From Candidatus Daviesbacteria bacterium (GTDB lineage: Bacteria; Patescibacteriota; Microgenomatia; Daviesbacterales; UBA10151), in assembly GCA_016186955.1 (NCBI GenBank), contig JACPKP010000003.1, forward strand, positions 130,290-194,289: a DNA stretch of 64,000 bases, given 5' to 3'. The position numbers were made by a program, and so were the translations under genes. Under the pieces are notes generated by a model. The model had not been told where the DNA came from. It worked only from the letters and a program-made list of their open reading frames with translations, and made no database searches. Below, in pieces: positions 30,872 to 40,795 of this stretch. Within the stretch, counting starts at the first letter, position 1. The number at the start of each line of letters is the position of its first letter.

Positions 30872-31665
30872 ACCGTTTCCAGCTCATTGGCTGAGGGTTC
30901 ATGAAAATCTTCCGAGCTGCTGGCGATCGCCATCATCAGGCTTCTGGCTTCTTCAGGAGTGGCATTTTCATTTCTGACATCAAGTTCCAACCCGATGCTG
31001 ATAATACGGATATTTTTATCCTTGATCTCTCTGACTACCTCCAATGGGTTTTGGCTACCATTGATACCCCCGCTTGGTCCACCATCGCCTAAAAAAACCA
31101 GAACAAATGTATAACCGGAATAATTTGGGTTTGATAATGCTGTAAATAGGCTATCTCTGGCAACTTCAAAACCCTTCCTCATCGGAGTTCCGTTATCCCC
31201 GTTTAAAGAATTAATAGTCTGTTTAAAATCCTCCCTGGCTGTATCTTTGTAAATGCCGATTGGTTTTAATTCAACAGTATCTTTTCCAAATTTTTGTACC
31301 CCGATAGGTATATCAGGTGACAACTTATCCAAAAAAGCATTGACTGCAATTTTTAATGATTCCATTCTGGAAAGGGATGTATTTTTGCCCTGTCGTCTCA
31401 TGGATCCTGAAGTATCAAGCAAAAGATCAATAACCAGCTTGTCTTTTGAGCATGCAACATTAGGTGGTAAGGCAGTTGTTGGAGGGGTTATGTTTAAATA
31501 GCCCATTTGCAGTGACTGTTTATCTTCTGGGGTAAGAATATTAAGGTTGTCTTGCAAAAGCGTAAAGGGTGGTTGGCTGTCATCTAATTTGTTTAGCGCA
31601 AAGCCCTGGACCAGGATAAAACTAAAGATTACCACCAGCCCGATTATTATGTAAACCTGGTTCAT
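30832..31665 (-). CDS. Membrane-anchored von Willebrand factor A domain protein
   Basis: MIDAS DTSGS, GTP, GDG; N-terminal TM. Confidence 0.88.
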   Translation of the reverse strand: MNQVYIIIGLVVIFSFILVQGFALNKLDDSQPPFTLLQDNLNILTPEDKQSLQMGYLNITPPTTALPPNVACSKDKLVIDLLLDTSGSMRRQGKNTSLSRMESLKIAVNAFLDKLSPDIPIGVQKFGKDTVELKPIGIYKDTAREDFKQTINSLNGDNGTPMRKGFEVARDSLFTALSNPNYSGYTFVLVFLGDGGPSGGINGSQNPLEVVREIKDKNIRIISIGLELDVRNENATPEEARSLMMAIASSSEDFHEPSANELETVYNDLAANICHIN

Positions 31666-31731
31666 ATATCCATTATATACAAAAAAATGTATTTTGGGTG
31701 TTGACTTTTAAGTATGGGAATATGCTAATCT

Positions 31732-32250
31732 TTGGATATGTTGACTAAATTTAGCGCCAACAAACTTAAAGATGTTTTGGCGGAACCTGAGGCTCCAGGT
31801 TTAGACGAACCGTATTTTATTATACAATCACCCTTAACCAAAGAGAATATGACAGTTATCTTATCAGGCAAAAACGGTATGGAGTTTAATAAAACTTATG
31901 GTTTTTTCCATAACTTTCAAGGCATTTTGATATATAAGACACTTTACGGGCAGGGGATTATGATAATACAAAAAAACGACGAGAGAGGGGAGGCAAAAGA
32001 AGTTAGGATTATTTCTTTAAGGCCGGGTGTTGAGATTGAAGTGCCCTCAGGTTATGGGCATACAGTGGTAAATACCGGAAAAAATTTTTTAGTGGTAGTA
32101 GATAATGCAATAGAAAATGATGAAAATATTGATTCTGATATAGTTAAATCAAAAAAAGGGTTTGCTTATTATGTTGTAGATAAAAAAGGGGAGATCGCTT
32201 TTGAAAAAAACCCAAACTACAGCTTTCATCCGCAGATAACCAGCTACTAA
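31732..32250 (+). CDS. Cupin-type glucose-6-phosphate isomerase-like protein
   Basis: EFNKTYG, VPSGYGHTVVNTG, KGFAYY, NPNY; metal ligands partly altered. Confidence 0.7.
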   Translation: MDMLTKFSANKLKDVLAEPEAPGLDEPYFIIQSPLTKENMTVILSGKNGMEFNKTYGFFHNFQGILIYKTLYGQGIMIIQKNDERGEAKEVRIISLRPGVEIEVPSGYGHTVVNTGKNFLVVVDNAIENDENIDSDIVKSKKGFAYYVVDKKGEIAFEKNPNYSFHPQITSY

Positions 32251-32337
32251 ATACTCAGCTCTAATTACTAATTTTTGGCTTTGCAAAAACCTAATCTAAA
32301 GCTATTAGCGGATATACTTACCTGAGCGCTAAAAAAG

Positions 32338-32568
32338 CTAGTATGGGCCTGATGAGTCTTGGGAAGCAGTCTTTTGTGTAATCCCAAGCAGCCAGAGCAC
32401 AGCTTCTTTTTTGTAACGCCTGTCCCCCCTGGAATTAATCCTGATAGCAGGTAATTTGCCCCTTTTGCCCCATCTTTTGATTGTCAGCGGGGAAACCCGT
32501 AAAACTTCTGCTACCTCTTTGACTGTTAATAGATCAGGAAGATTCTCAAGTGAAAGCTTATCCGGCAT
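32338..32568 (-). CDS. Small MerR/excisionase-type (BldC-like) HTH protein
   Basis: LLTVKEVAEVLRVSPLTIKRW...RGDRRY; AAGGAG before ATG 32568. Confidence 0.85.
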   Translation of the reverse strand: MPDKLSLENLPDLLTVKEVAEVLRVSPLTIKRWGKRGKLPAIRINSRGDRRYKKEAVLWLLGITQKTASQDSSGPY

Positions 32569-32727
32569 TCTATCTCCTTGTATATCATATATTTTCAAAT
32601 AATGTCAACACCCCAAATTACTAACATTACCTCAGTTTGTATTTAAATCTTAAAACATCAGTATTTTGTCAGAATTTTATCAAGTAAGCGGTATGGTCCT
32701 TTTGTAATATGAACAGATCACTATTGA

Positions 32728-33144
32728 ATGGAGGTGAGAAATATGGTTGAAATCTATCAATGGGTGCAAAGATGTCAAAAAGAACAGGATAGATCTAAAC
32801 AATCTAAATTACTCGGTCAAATCATCAATGCTCCTTGTGATAAACTGGATGATTTAGCTGAAATTTGCTATTTAACTGATTGCCCGAACCTTTTCCGTCT
32901 AACAGCTATAGACAGAGTTTGTATTTTAGCCTGGGAAAATGCATTACCTCTTCAGATCGCATTGGAAGTGGTAAACCCTTTATTCAAAGAAGATAAAGAC
33001 CCTGAAATTCGTTTAGCCTCCTTTCAATGGCTGGCTACTTTTTTTGAGGATGATATGAAAAGGATGAAACCAATCCTTAGCAGAGCCAGAAGGGATTCAA
33101 ACAGCAGAGTGCGTTGGTGGTCCCGAGTAGGATATACTCCATAG
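32728..33144 (+). CDS. Hypothetical HEAT-repeat-like protein
   Basis: DKDPEIRLA and DSNSRVR motifs. Confidence 0.5.
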   Translation: MEVRNMVEIYQWVQRCQKEQDRSKQSKLLGQIINAPCDKLDDLAEICYLTDCPNLFRLTAIDRVCILAWENALPLQIALEVVNPLFKEDKDPEIRLASFQWLATFFEDDMKRMKPILSRARRDSNSRVRWWSRVGYTP

Positions 33145-33160
33145 CAAGCTATGGAGTATA

Positions 33161-33673
33161 TCATTGCAGCTCTACTGTTGCTCCTGCTGCTGTAAGCTTT
33201 GTTTTTGCTTCATTTGCAGTTTGCTTGTTGACACCTTCCATGACTGGTTTTGGCGCTGCTTCCACTAAATCTTTAGCTTCTTTCAAGCCCAAAGTTTGGA
33301 CCAGTTCCCTGACTGCTTTGATGACACCAATTTTATTGGCGCCTGCGGCTTGGAGTACCACATTGAAAGTGGTTTGTTCTTCCTGTGGCTCGCCGGAGCT
33401 TCCAGCGGAGGCGGCGGCAGGGCCTGTTGCTGCAACCGGCGCTTGGGCTGTTACCCCAAACCTGTCTTCTAAGGCATGGACTAAATCTGCCAATTCCAAA
33501 ACTGAAAGCTTTTCAATAGACTCGATGATTTTTTCCAGGTCTTTTGAAACAGCCTTTGAAGCTTTTTTAGATTTCACCTCCGGGGTGTTGTCGGAAGTGT
33601 TCTCTGCTGCAGCTTCTGCCTGAACTTCTTGAGTCTCTTCTTTTTTCTGATCGTTTGTATCTTGGTCGTCCAT
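33161..33673 (-). CDS. rplL: 50S ribosomal protein L7/L12 with acidic N-terminal extension
   Basis: [27 protein letters not shown]. Confidence 0.96.
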   Translation of the reverse strand: MDDQDTNDQKKEETQEVQAEAAAENTSDNTPEVKSKKASKAVSKDLEKIIESIEKLSVLELADLVHALEDRFGVTAQAPVAATGPAAASAGSSGEPQEEQTTFNVVLQAAGANKIGVIKAVRELVQTLGLKEAKDLVEAAPKPVMEGVNKQTANEAKTKLTAAGATVELQ

Positions 33674-34204
33674 TTACTCACCCCCCCTCGAAATTCGTAT
33701 TTGGTCTAAGGCGTATACTAAATTGCGCAAATTTGCCTGTAAAACCCCGACTATCCCATAAAGCGGTGCGCCCAAACCACCGACAACCTTTGCCCTTAGC
33801 TCATCTTTGGAAGGAAGTTGGGCAAGCCTGTTGATCTGGATATCATCCATCAGTTGCCCTTCCAAAAGTCCTGCTTTGATAAAACCCTTAGATGCATCTT
33901 TTAAGGCTTTTACCAATACTTTAATAGGGATGACTTCATCTTCATATGCAAACAAGGTGGCAGTGGGGCCAGTCCAGATGTCAGATACCAGATGTCGGAG
34001 ATTGGAATTTTGGAAAGCTAATTTGAGCAGGGTGTTTTTGGTGATGGAAAATTCAGCGCTTGACTGGCGCAATTTCGAGCGTAGATCTGAGAGTTGAGCC
34101 ATGTTTAAGCCTTTATAGTCTGCAAATACCACAGATTTTGCTCTGCCAAGCTTATCTGTTAATGACCTGACTGTTTCTTCTTTTTGTGCGCGCGTTTTTG
34201 GCAT
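33674..34204 (-). CDS. rplJ: 50S ribosomal protein L10
   Basis: DYKGL, KNTL, GPTA, LPSKDEL. Confidence 0.95.
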   Translation of the reverse strand: MPKTRAQKEETVRSLTDKLGRAKSVVFADYKGLNMAQLSDLRSKLRQSSAEFSITKNTLLKLAFQNSNLRHLVSDIWTGPTATLFAYEDEVIPIKVLVKALKDASKGFIKAGLLEGQLMDDIQINRLAQLPSKDELRAKVVGGLGAPLYGIVGVLQANLRNLVYALDQIRISRGGE

Positions 34205-34216
34205 TAAATTTTTTCT

Positions 34217-34337
34217 ATGAAGCTCTACGGCTAAAGCCGTGGTCTCTTCTCATTACAGCTTCACAGCAAAAGCTGTTCAGCTGACCGCCTTCGGCGGAGA
34301 AAAGCATTCATCCACGGTTAAAACCGTGGTTTTCTGC
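34217..34337. repeat. Two-hairpin element (ATGAA-hairpin...CATTCATC-hairpin)
   Basis: CTACGGCTAAAGCCGTGG and CCACGGTTAAAACCGTGG; same layout as the reverse complement of 26165-26261. Confidence 0.65.
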
Positions 34338-34348
34338 TTTTTGCTGAT

Positions 34349-34449
34349 AAAAAACCCCGCTTAAGCGAGGTTATTTGTTTGTCATCCCGAAGGATGACAA
34401 GCGCGGCCTCGGTGGGATTTACGTTTTTGACAACCCACGGTCTCAAGCT
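34349..34449 (-). promoter_or_regulatory. L10 leader with attenuator
   Basis: AGACCGTGGG...CCCACCGAGG kink-turn-like motif, then CCTCGC-TTAA-GCGGGG-TTTTTT. Upstream promoter TTGACA-17-TAAAAT at 34485-34457; precedes rplJ. Confidence 0.7.
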
Positions 34450-34491
34450 GTATGTAATTTTAATAAATGCAGGCCTGTTTGTCAACCGTTT

Positions 34492-34544
34492 GTTCAGGAT
34501 TTAACAAAGAAACTGTCATTCCGAGTTAAATCCTGAACGGTTAC
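34492..34544. mobile_element. Internally deleted copy of the MITE at 62434
   Basis: 34492-34525 is the reverse complement of 62537-62570; ends TCCTGAACGGTTAC. Confidence 0.7.
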
Positions 34545-34641
34545 TCAAATTTTGAACTATTATCTCAAGAAAAGGGCGGCCGGGTTTTTAAGGCTCGGCC
34601 GCCACTGTGCACTTTTACAGTTGAAAGTTGGGGTTAGCGGA

Positions 34642-34842
34642 TCAGTTGTACCATTTTTGGTTCATCCAGCGGCCAAACCGGGAAATCCTTTTCTCCGCCA
34701 GGAGTAATACGATGGTCCAGACGATCATGAACCCCATTCCCAGTAGTTGGCCGGTTACACCCCAGATTTGAGGTGCAGCTAGCGTAACCACTACCAGCGG
34801 GATCCACCAAACTGCAAACCGCCTGATCAGGAAAACATTCAT
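34642..34842 (-). CDS. Small two-TM membrane protein
   Basis: GGAGG before ATG 34842; downstream GC hairpin at about 34572-34604. Confidence 0.55.
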   Translation of the reverse strand: MNVFLIRRFAVWWIPLVVVTLAAPQIWGVTGQLLGMGFMIVWTIVLLLAEKRISRFGRWMNQKWYN

Positions 34843-34928
34843 TTTCTTCCTCCCTAAACTGTAAATGTGCTGGCTACATATTAACACAAACCAGGCTCAA
34901 AGTACAGTTTTGTAGTGTATAATTTGTT

Positions 34929-35256
34929 CATGGTAATTGTTTTAACCAAAAAGGCTACTGCTGACCAATTGAAAAAAATGGGGCAGGAATACGGGAACTA
35001 TATTAAGGTTGTGGTGGATATTGAAAAAGGAATTATAGCAGGCGGCGCAGCCATGCATTATGATGGGGAACAGGTTTTACTGAAAATAGGTTGTAAACAG
35101 GAGAATCTTTGGGGAGGCGGGATCGATTTGGAAACAGGCGGGATAACTTACGATTCAATGATTAACATCCGTCCCGGGCAAAATAATTTTAAAAGGGAGA
35201 TAGCATCAGAGGAGGTCAGACAAAAATTAAAAAGAATCGTAGAGGAGTTGATATGA
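34929..35256 (+). CDS. DUF5674-like conserved protein
   Basis: IKVVVDI, GG.MHYD.E..LL, NLWGG, SMINIRP. Confidence 0.75.
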
Positions 35257-35609
35257 TCAACCATGCGGTTTCACAAAATGATTTACCACTGGAGATGCAG
35301 ATTTTAAATATTTCGGTAAATATGGCCAGAATAGGCAACTGGATAGCAGATTTATCCAAAATAAAAGCTGAATATGGCGAAAAAGTTTACCGCTCAAGAA
35401 GAAAGTTGATTGAAAAAATGATAAACCAGACAGAGAATTATTTAAACGACCTGTCTTCCCAAAAAATCTCAGGCCGTTTTGTGCCAACCTTAGGTAGGTT
35501 TACAAAAGAGTTTAAAGTTATTAAAAATGGATATAAAACAGATCCGCTGCTGGCAAAAAAAGCCCTAACTTGGGCAAATATCCTCCAGCACCGGGCCAAA
35601 CTGGCTTAA
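35253..35609 (+). CDS. Hypothetical helical protein coupled to the DUF5674-like gene
   Basis: ATGA overlap, 118 aa. Confidence 0.6.
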   Translation: MINHAVSQNDLPLEMQILNISVNMARIGNWIADLSKIKAEYGEKVYRSRRKLIEKMINQTENYLNDLSSQKISGRFVPTLGRFTKEFKVIKNGYKTDPLLAKKALTWANILQHRAKLA

Positions 35610-35751
35610 ACTATCCCAGAGTTTTTTCAAAAGGGGACTTATAGTTTGCTTTGTAGTCTTCCGGCTTACCTCTGGTTAGGCTCACTAACGGTTTTAAAAT
35701 CAAATGCAAAAAAAGCGCCGGATTTTTGAGATCCGGCGCGCGAGACTCCAT

Positions 35752-36042
35752 CTACCTGCTGGGTTGAAAGTGAACCAGCTGGTTCACCATCAGGCCTATT
35801 GCACCTCCAACCAAACCGCTGAATGCTCCCCGGGACACTGCCTTAATCAACAGTGCCACAGAAATACTTACGCTTTCGGGTTGGTTAACAACGATGACAG
35901 CTAGGATGCCGCCTATTGCTCCGCATATTAGGTGTGCAATAGGCGAGATCGAATTGCTTTTCAGGTCTGATACGGTAATAAGAAGACTCGTCAAGAGTCC
36001 TCCTACAAAAGCCATTAACAGTTCGCTTAAGATAGGATCCAT
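35752..36042 (-). CDS. Small Gly-rich membrane protein
   Basis: Three hydrophobic segments; hairpin terminator at about 35708-35740. Confidence 0.5.
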   Translation of the reverse strand: MDPILSELLMAFVGGLLTSLLITVSDLKSNSISPIAHLICGAIGGILAVIVVNQPESVSISVALLIKAVSRGAFSGLVGGAIGLMVNQLVHFQPSR

Positions 36043-36131
36043 GATGCTCCGAAACCTCCCAGTATGTGAATGTACTTTACCCGTTTGGTAAGCGCTTGCT
36101 AGTATACCATTTTGTGTAGGTCTTTGCAAAG

Positions 36132-37001
36132 CTAAAATTGGGGGACCCACATCCAGTAGCCACCTTTTGAGCCTGGAGGAGGTTTGGGGGTGGCTGATGA
36201 TTCATCAGGTGAGCCTATTGAGGGCTGAAGCGAAGCGGATCCGGTGGCAACGATTGAACCCCAGACACCGGAATTGCCTGTTTTACCCAAGTTTTTGATA
36301 ATTATGCCCAGGTCAAAGCCATTGATTATTTTATCAAGGTTAAAATCAACATTGGAGTTCCACTTAGCTGAGAGCGGGTTTGTGCCATAGGCATTTTTTG
36401 CCACTGCAAAATCTGCACTGTTGATGACATTATCCTCATTTAAGTCTCCGGTGATTAAATTTAGAGTTCCCAGATCGGAGACAGTAGGCTTTACCAAAAA
36501 AGCAGAAGCAGAGGCAAGTTGGGCAGGGCCTTTCAGATAAGCTGTATAGGTTGATCCTTGGGTTAAGCCTGCCAAAGACAACCCTGAATATCCACCTGTA
36601 GCAGGTATGTCAACAGTAAAGGACAGCAGGTATTGTGGGTTTGTGGTAGGCATACCCGCAGCAATACCCAGAAAGGTCTTTGCTGCCTGGCTGTTTTTTG
36701 GCCTGCCCTCAATAGAAATTTTAAAGTTTAGGGTAGGACCGAAAAAAACCTGTGGAGTTGAGCTGCTGCTGGGTTCAGGCGTAGCTTTGGACGGAGAACC
36801 TTCCAGACTTTTTTTAAGGTCATCTAAAGGGGTAGTTTTAGGTACTTCTTTTGGTGAAGGCTGGATTTTAGGCAGAGGAGTCGGGTTTGGGTTATCCTGT
36901 GTTTTGAAACGCTGGGCTAAAAGCAATGAGCCGGTTGGGATTAAAACGATTAAGAGTAAAATGATACCGACAACTATCTTCTGGCCAACTGAACTAAACA
37001 T
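36132..37001 (-). CDS. Membrane-anchored dockerin-like domain protein
   Basis: TM, Pro-rich linker, GDLNEDNVINSAD and DFNLDKIINGFD. Confidence 0.8.
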   Translation of the reverse strand: MFSSVGQKIVVGIILLLIVLIPTGSLLLAQRFKTQDNPNPTPLPKIQPSPKEVPKTTPLDDLKKSLEGSPSKATPEPSSSSTPQVFFGPTLNFKISIEGRPKNSQAAKTFLGIAAGMPTTNPQYLLSFTVDIPATGGYSGLSLAGLTQGSTYTAYLKGPAQLASASAFLVKPTVSDLGTLNLITGDLNEDNVINSADFAVAKNAYGTNPLSAKWNSNVDFNLDKIINGFDLGIIIKNLGKTGNSGVWGSIVATGSASLQPSIGSPDESSATPKPPPGSKGGYWMWVPQF

Positions 37002-37074
37002 ACTTCTACTATACTAAAACTAGTAACCAGTAGCTAGTTACTAGTGTATGAGTTCAGTCCTTTCCAACAGTTTT

Positions 37075-37165
37075 GTCATTGCGAGAAACGAGCATAGCGA
37101 GTGACGTAGCAATCTAATTGAAGTAAGATCGCTACGATCCGATGTACATCGGATCTCGCGATGAC
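37075..37165. repeat. REP-like element
   Basis: GTCATTGCGAG...GACGTAGCAATCTA...AGATCGCTACG...CTCGCGATGAC. Confidence 0.72.
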
Positions 37166-37242
37166 GTTTGGCTGGAGAAAACTAAATAGTTACTTACTAG
37201 TATCTTGACTCTGGATTCAGGATTGCCGATACTTTACATACT

Positions 37243-38238
37243 ATGTTTTCTGGAAAAAACCTCATCAGGATACTGATAAATACCGTTATTGGTTTAGTAT
37301 TCATCATTTTCTGGATGAAGGTTGTAGATGTTAATGCGATTTTTAAAGAGCTTTCCAGGGTTGACTTATTGACTGTTTTACCCTTTGTGCTTTTTTTTGC
37401 ATTATCCAATTTCTTAAGGTCGATGAGGCTAAAAATACTGCTTAGCCAGTTTAAAATTCCGCTTAGGAATGTAATACTGCTAAATTATTTAAGCCAGATA
37501 TTTTCATATATCATACCACTGCGGGCTGGTGAGATTAGTAAGGGGGTTTACCTTTCAACCCAATATAAAGTACCTTTTTCAAAATCATTAATATGGATTT
37601 TGCTGGACCGGTTTTTGGATTTTTGGTTAGTGTTGGTACTGGTATTGGTGCTTTTAGGCATGACTGTAACCAATTTGCCTGCCAACTTAAAACTTACCAT
37701 TATGATATTGATAGCGCCGTCAACACTAATTGCCTTCCTGGTAATATTTTTTCCTGAATTTGCCAAAAAAACTATGAATTTTTTCAGCAAAGCCCTAATC
37801 TTAAATGTATTGAAAACATTGTTTACCCGGTTTACAGACTTTATCATTGATACGGTTTCACTATTAAAAAGAGAACCAAAAGAAATGGCCAGCTTAATGG
37901 TTTTGACTTTTGGTGCGCTTTTATCCGATGGGTTGGGATGGTATGTGTTTTTCCTGGCAGTTTTTGGCAAAGTTAGTTTTATAACTATATTTTTGGGCTC
38001 ACTGCTTTCAGCTCTAACTTATCTTATTCCAGCTGCGCCTGGTTATGTTGGCAGCGCGGAAGCTTCAGGCCTGGCAGTTTTCAGCTTAAGCTTAGGATTG
38101 GATAAAACCTTAACCTCTGTTGCCACAGTTTTAAACCACGGCCTGACCCTTGTTTGTATTCTTTTCTTCGGGATTAGCGCGCTGTATCTTCTTAAATTTG
38201 ATACTAACCTAGTTTGGAAAAAATTTAAAAAGCAGTAA
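37243..38238 (+). CDS. Lysylphosphatidylglycerol synthase TM/flippase-like membrane protein
   Basis: IPLRAGE, LDRFLD, IPAAPGYVGSAE. Confidence 0.82.
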   Translation: MFSGKNLIRILINTVIGLVFIIFWMKVVDVNAIFKELSRVDLLTVLPFVLFFALSNFLRSMRLKILLSQFKIPLRNVILLNYLSQIFSYIIPLRAGEISKGVYLSTQYKVPFSKSLIWILLDRFLDFWLVLVLVLVLLGMTVTNLPANLKLTIMILIAPSTLIAFLVIFFPEFAKKTMNFFSKALILNVLKTLFTRFTDFIIDTVSLLKREPKEMASLMVLTFGALLSDGLGWYVFFLAVFGKVSFITIFLGSLLSALTYLIPAAPGYVGSAEASGLAVFSLSLGLDKTLTSVATVLNHGLTLVCILFFGISALYLLKFDTNLVWKKFKKQ

Positions 38239-39154
38239 GCGGGTCAACCTTAATTCCTGGTCCTAGAGTTGGAGAAAGGGTCACTTTTTTAATCTTTGTT
38301 TTACCCACTACATTCAATAGGGTTTTGACATTGGAAGAAAGTTCCGGGACAGGCTGGCTTACTTTCCCTAAACCTAAATGGATAACAGGCGCTAATTTCT
38401 CAGTTTTATACTCAGTTTTTCCACTTTGGAGCTCTGTGACAGCTTTTTTAAGGTCGCTAGTTATAGTGCCGTTTTTAGGGTTTGGCATGAGTCCTCTGGG
38501 TCCCAAAAATTTGGCAACCCTGGCAAGTTTTGGCATCCACTCAGGTGTAGTTACTAAAACATCGAAGTTTATTTTTCCTTCAGAGATCGCGTCAATGCTA
38601 TCCTCGTTACCTATTGCAGCGCCAAGTTCCTCCAATTCTTGTGTTTGTGCCGGGTTTGTCGAAGGGCCGAAGGCCAAAATGGCCAATTTTTTGCCCGAAG
38701 CAAAGGGCAGTGACACCAAACCCCTTAAATTTTTGACGGTAGTGTTAATATGGGCTTCTAAGCTTCCGTCATATTTTGAGTAAGAAGTTTCTTTTGCTAA
38801 ATTTATGGCTTCTTCCAGGGGATAGTTTTTATTCCTGTCCACTTTTTCTAAAGCTTCCCGGTACTTTTTAGACCTTAGTTTGGTTTTTTTGCTTGGTTTT
38901 TGTTTTTTGTCTGCTTTCTTAACCTGTTCTTCCGGTTTGTCATTCTGATTCTGAGCGTTAGTCGAAGAAGCATCTCTTAACTTGTTTAAGTCATCGGAAT
39001 TGCTCGCATTCGCGAGAGATTCCTCGTTATCACTCGGAACGACAACAGAATCTGCGTCAAGTTTGACTCGCTCCTTTTGCTTCGGAACTACTTTTTTCTT
39101 TGGCTTTTCAGCTGGCGTGGAGTCATCTATGACTGTAATTTTTGTCTTACCCAT
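38225..39154 (-). CDS. rplA: 50S ribosomal protein L1 with repeat-derived N-terminal insertion
   Basis: LGPRGLMPNPKNGT, SPTLGPG. Confidence 0.96.
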   Translation of the reverse strand: MGKTKITVIDDSTPAEKPKKKVVPKQKERVKLDADSVVVPSDNEESLANASNSDDLNKLRDASSTNAQNQNDKPEEQVKKADKKQKPSKKTKLRSKKYREALEKVDRNKNYPLEEAINLAKETSYSKYDGSLEAHINTTVKNLRGLVSLPFASGKKLAILAFGPSTNPAQTQELEELGAAIGNEDSIDAISEGKINFDVLVTTPEWMPKLARVAKFLGPRGLMPNPKNGTITSDLKKAVTELQSGKTEYKTEKLAPVIHLGLGKVSQPVPELSSNVKTLLNVVGKTKIKKVTLSPTLGPGIKVDPLTAF

Positions 39155-39156
39155 AT

Positions 39157-39585
39157 TTAATTCCCTATTTTTACTCCCATGCTTCTGGCTGTGCCCTCAA
39201 CAATTTTTGCCGCAGCTTCCAGATCAAAGGCGTTTAAATCAGGCATTTTGGCTTTGGCGATCTCCTCAACCTGTGATTTATTTAAAGTCCCTGCAAATTC
39301 TTTGCCTGCTTTGCCTGAGCCTTTTTCAACCCCCAGGGCTTTTTTAATCATCTCTGCCACAGGCGGTTCTTTGGTAATAAAAGAAAAAGTCCGGTCTTCA
39401 AAAACCGTTATCACTACCGGTAAAATATTCCCCTGTTTTTCTTTAGTCTTTTCATTGAAAGCTTTGACAAAGTCCATGATGGGCAGGCCATGCTGTCCCA
39501 AAGCGGGTCCGACAGGAGGCGCAGCAGTAGCTATGCCTGCAGGGATATTTAATTTAATATATGTTTTAATTTTTTTAACAGCCAT
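39157..39585 (-). CDS. rplK: 50S ribosomal protein L11
   Basis: [25 protein letters not shown]. Confidence 0.97.
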   Translation of the reverse strand: MAVKKIKTYIKLNIPAGIATAAPPVGPALGQHGLPIMDFVKAFNEKTKEKQGNILPVVITVFEDRTFSFITKEPPVAEMIKKALGVEKGSGKAGKEFAGTLNKSQVEEIAKAKMPDLNAFDLEAAAKIVEGTARSMGVKIGN

Positions 39586-39592
39586 AAATTGT

Positions 39593-40435
39593 TTACAGTT
39601 TTGTTATTTGCAAAAAGTCCAGCTCCACCGGTGTTTCCCTGCCAAAAATTGAAACAAGTATCCTAACCTTGCCTTTTTCTTTATCAACCGTATCCACCTT
39701 GCCGATAAAGTCCGCGAATGGGCCATCAATGATTTTGACAGTATCACTGGGCAGGAAAACATCTTTAAAAGTTGGAGCTGCACCCTGAGTCATAAATGTC
39801 ACAATTGACTTGATTTCACTCTCGGGGATTGGCGTAGGTTTATTGCCGATACCAACAAAGGATGTGACTCCCGGAGTTGTGCGTACTGCCAGCCAGGAAT
39901 TATCATCAAGGATCATTTTAACCATTAGATAACCGGGGAAGATCTTCTCTTTAACCCGCTCTTTTTTACCGGCCCTAATCTCAATTTTTTCTTGGGTAGG
40001 CACCAAAATATCCAGGATCTTATTTTCCAGGTGTTCAGATTCGATACGTTGTTTCAAAGCATTGGCTACCCTGTTTTCATGGCCTGAGTAAGTATGGACT
40101 ACATACCATTTTGAACCCGGGATGTCTGTGGAGGACAGATCCTGTGCAGTTTGTTCCTCCGGTTGGGAATCTTCAGCAGGTGTTTCTTCATCCGCAGGAA
40201 TAGAATCTTCAGGTTCAGAGTCTTTGGTGGATGCTTCTTCATCTTCTTCTGGTTCGTCGTCAGAGTTTGTGTCTTCCGCTGATTTTACCTTCAGGGTATC
40301 GCTTTGCGGCTTCTTAGATTCCATCTCAGGAGTATTCTCTTCTACTTCCGCCTTTTCCGCCATTTCCCCAGGCTTGCTTTCCCTGGGCAAATCAGGATCT
40401 GTTTGGTTTATCTTATTTTGGTTGTCATCGCTCAT
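39593..40435 (-). CDS. nusG: Transcription factor NusG with long acidic N-terminus
   Basis: [32 protein letters not shown]. Confidence 0.96.
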   Translation of the reverse strand: MSDDNQNKINQTDPDLPRESKPGEMAEKAEVEENTPEMESKKPQSDTLKVKSAEDTNSDDEPEEDEEASTKDSEPEDSIPADEETPAEDSQPEEQTAQDLSSTDIPGSKWYVVHTYSGHENRVANALKQRIESEHLENKILDILVPTQEKIEIRAGKKERVKEKIFPGYLMVKMILDDNSWLAVRTTPGVTSFVGIGNKPTPIPESEIKSIVTFMTQGAAPTFKDVFLPSDTVKIIDGPFADFIGKVDTVDKEKGKVRILVSIFGRETPVELDFLQITKL

Positions 40436-40436
40436 A

Positions 40437-40637
40437 TTATTTTGTTATTGCCAACTGTGTCAGCTGGGCCAGTAAATAATCGATGCCGCCTATGAAAAAA
40501 CCTACCCCCAGTGTCACAAGAATTACGATCACAGTAAGTTTAAGTGTCTCATCTTTGGTTGGCCAGACAACTTTCTCAAGTTCCGCTCTAACCTCTTTTA
40601 AAAAAGTGACAGCCTTCATTTTAATTAAAGCCTCCAT
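40437..40637 (-). CDS. secE: Preprotein translocase SecE
   Basis: FLKEVRAELEKVVWP plus TM; start at 40637 or 40619. Confidence 0.92.
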   Translation of the reverse strand: MEALIKMKAVTFLKEVRAELEKVVWPTKDETLKLTVIVILVTLGVGFFIGGIDYLLAQLTQLAITK

Positions 40638-40724
40638 TTTTGGAGGCCTTTTGTCAAGTATAGCAAAAAAAATAGGGTACCGCAACAACCAAGATGGTAA
40701 GAGTTCAGTTTTCTCCGGTAATAC

Positions 40725-40786
40725 CACCTTCCAGGAGTCAGGGCCCACCTGGAAGGTGGTCGTATGGACTCCTTCCAGGTGAGTGC
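40725..40786. repeat. REP-like element (CACCTnnnAGGTG family)
   Basis: CACCTTCCAGGAG..CACCTGGAAGGTG..ATGGACTCCTTCCAGGTGAGTGC. Confidence 0.75.
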
Positions 40787-40795
40787 TGGCAAGCA

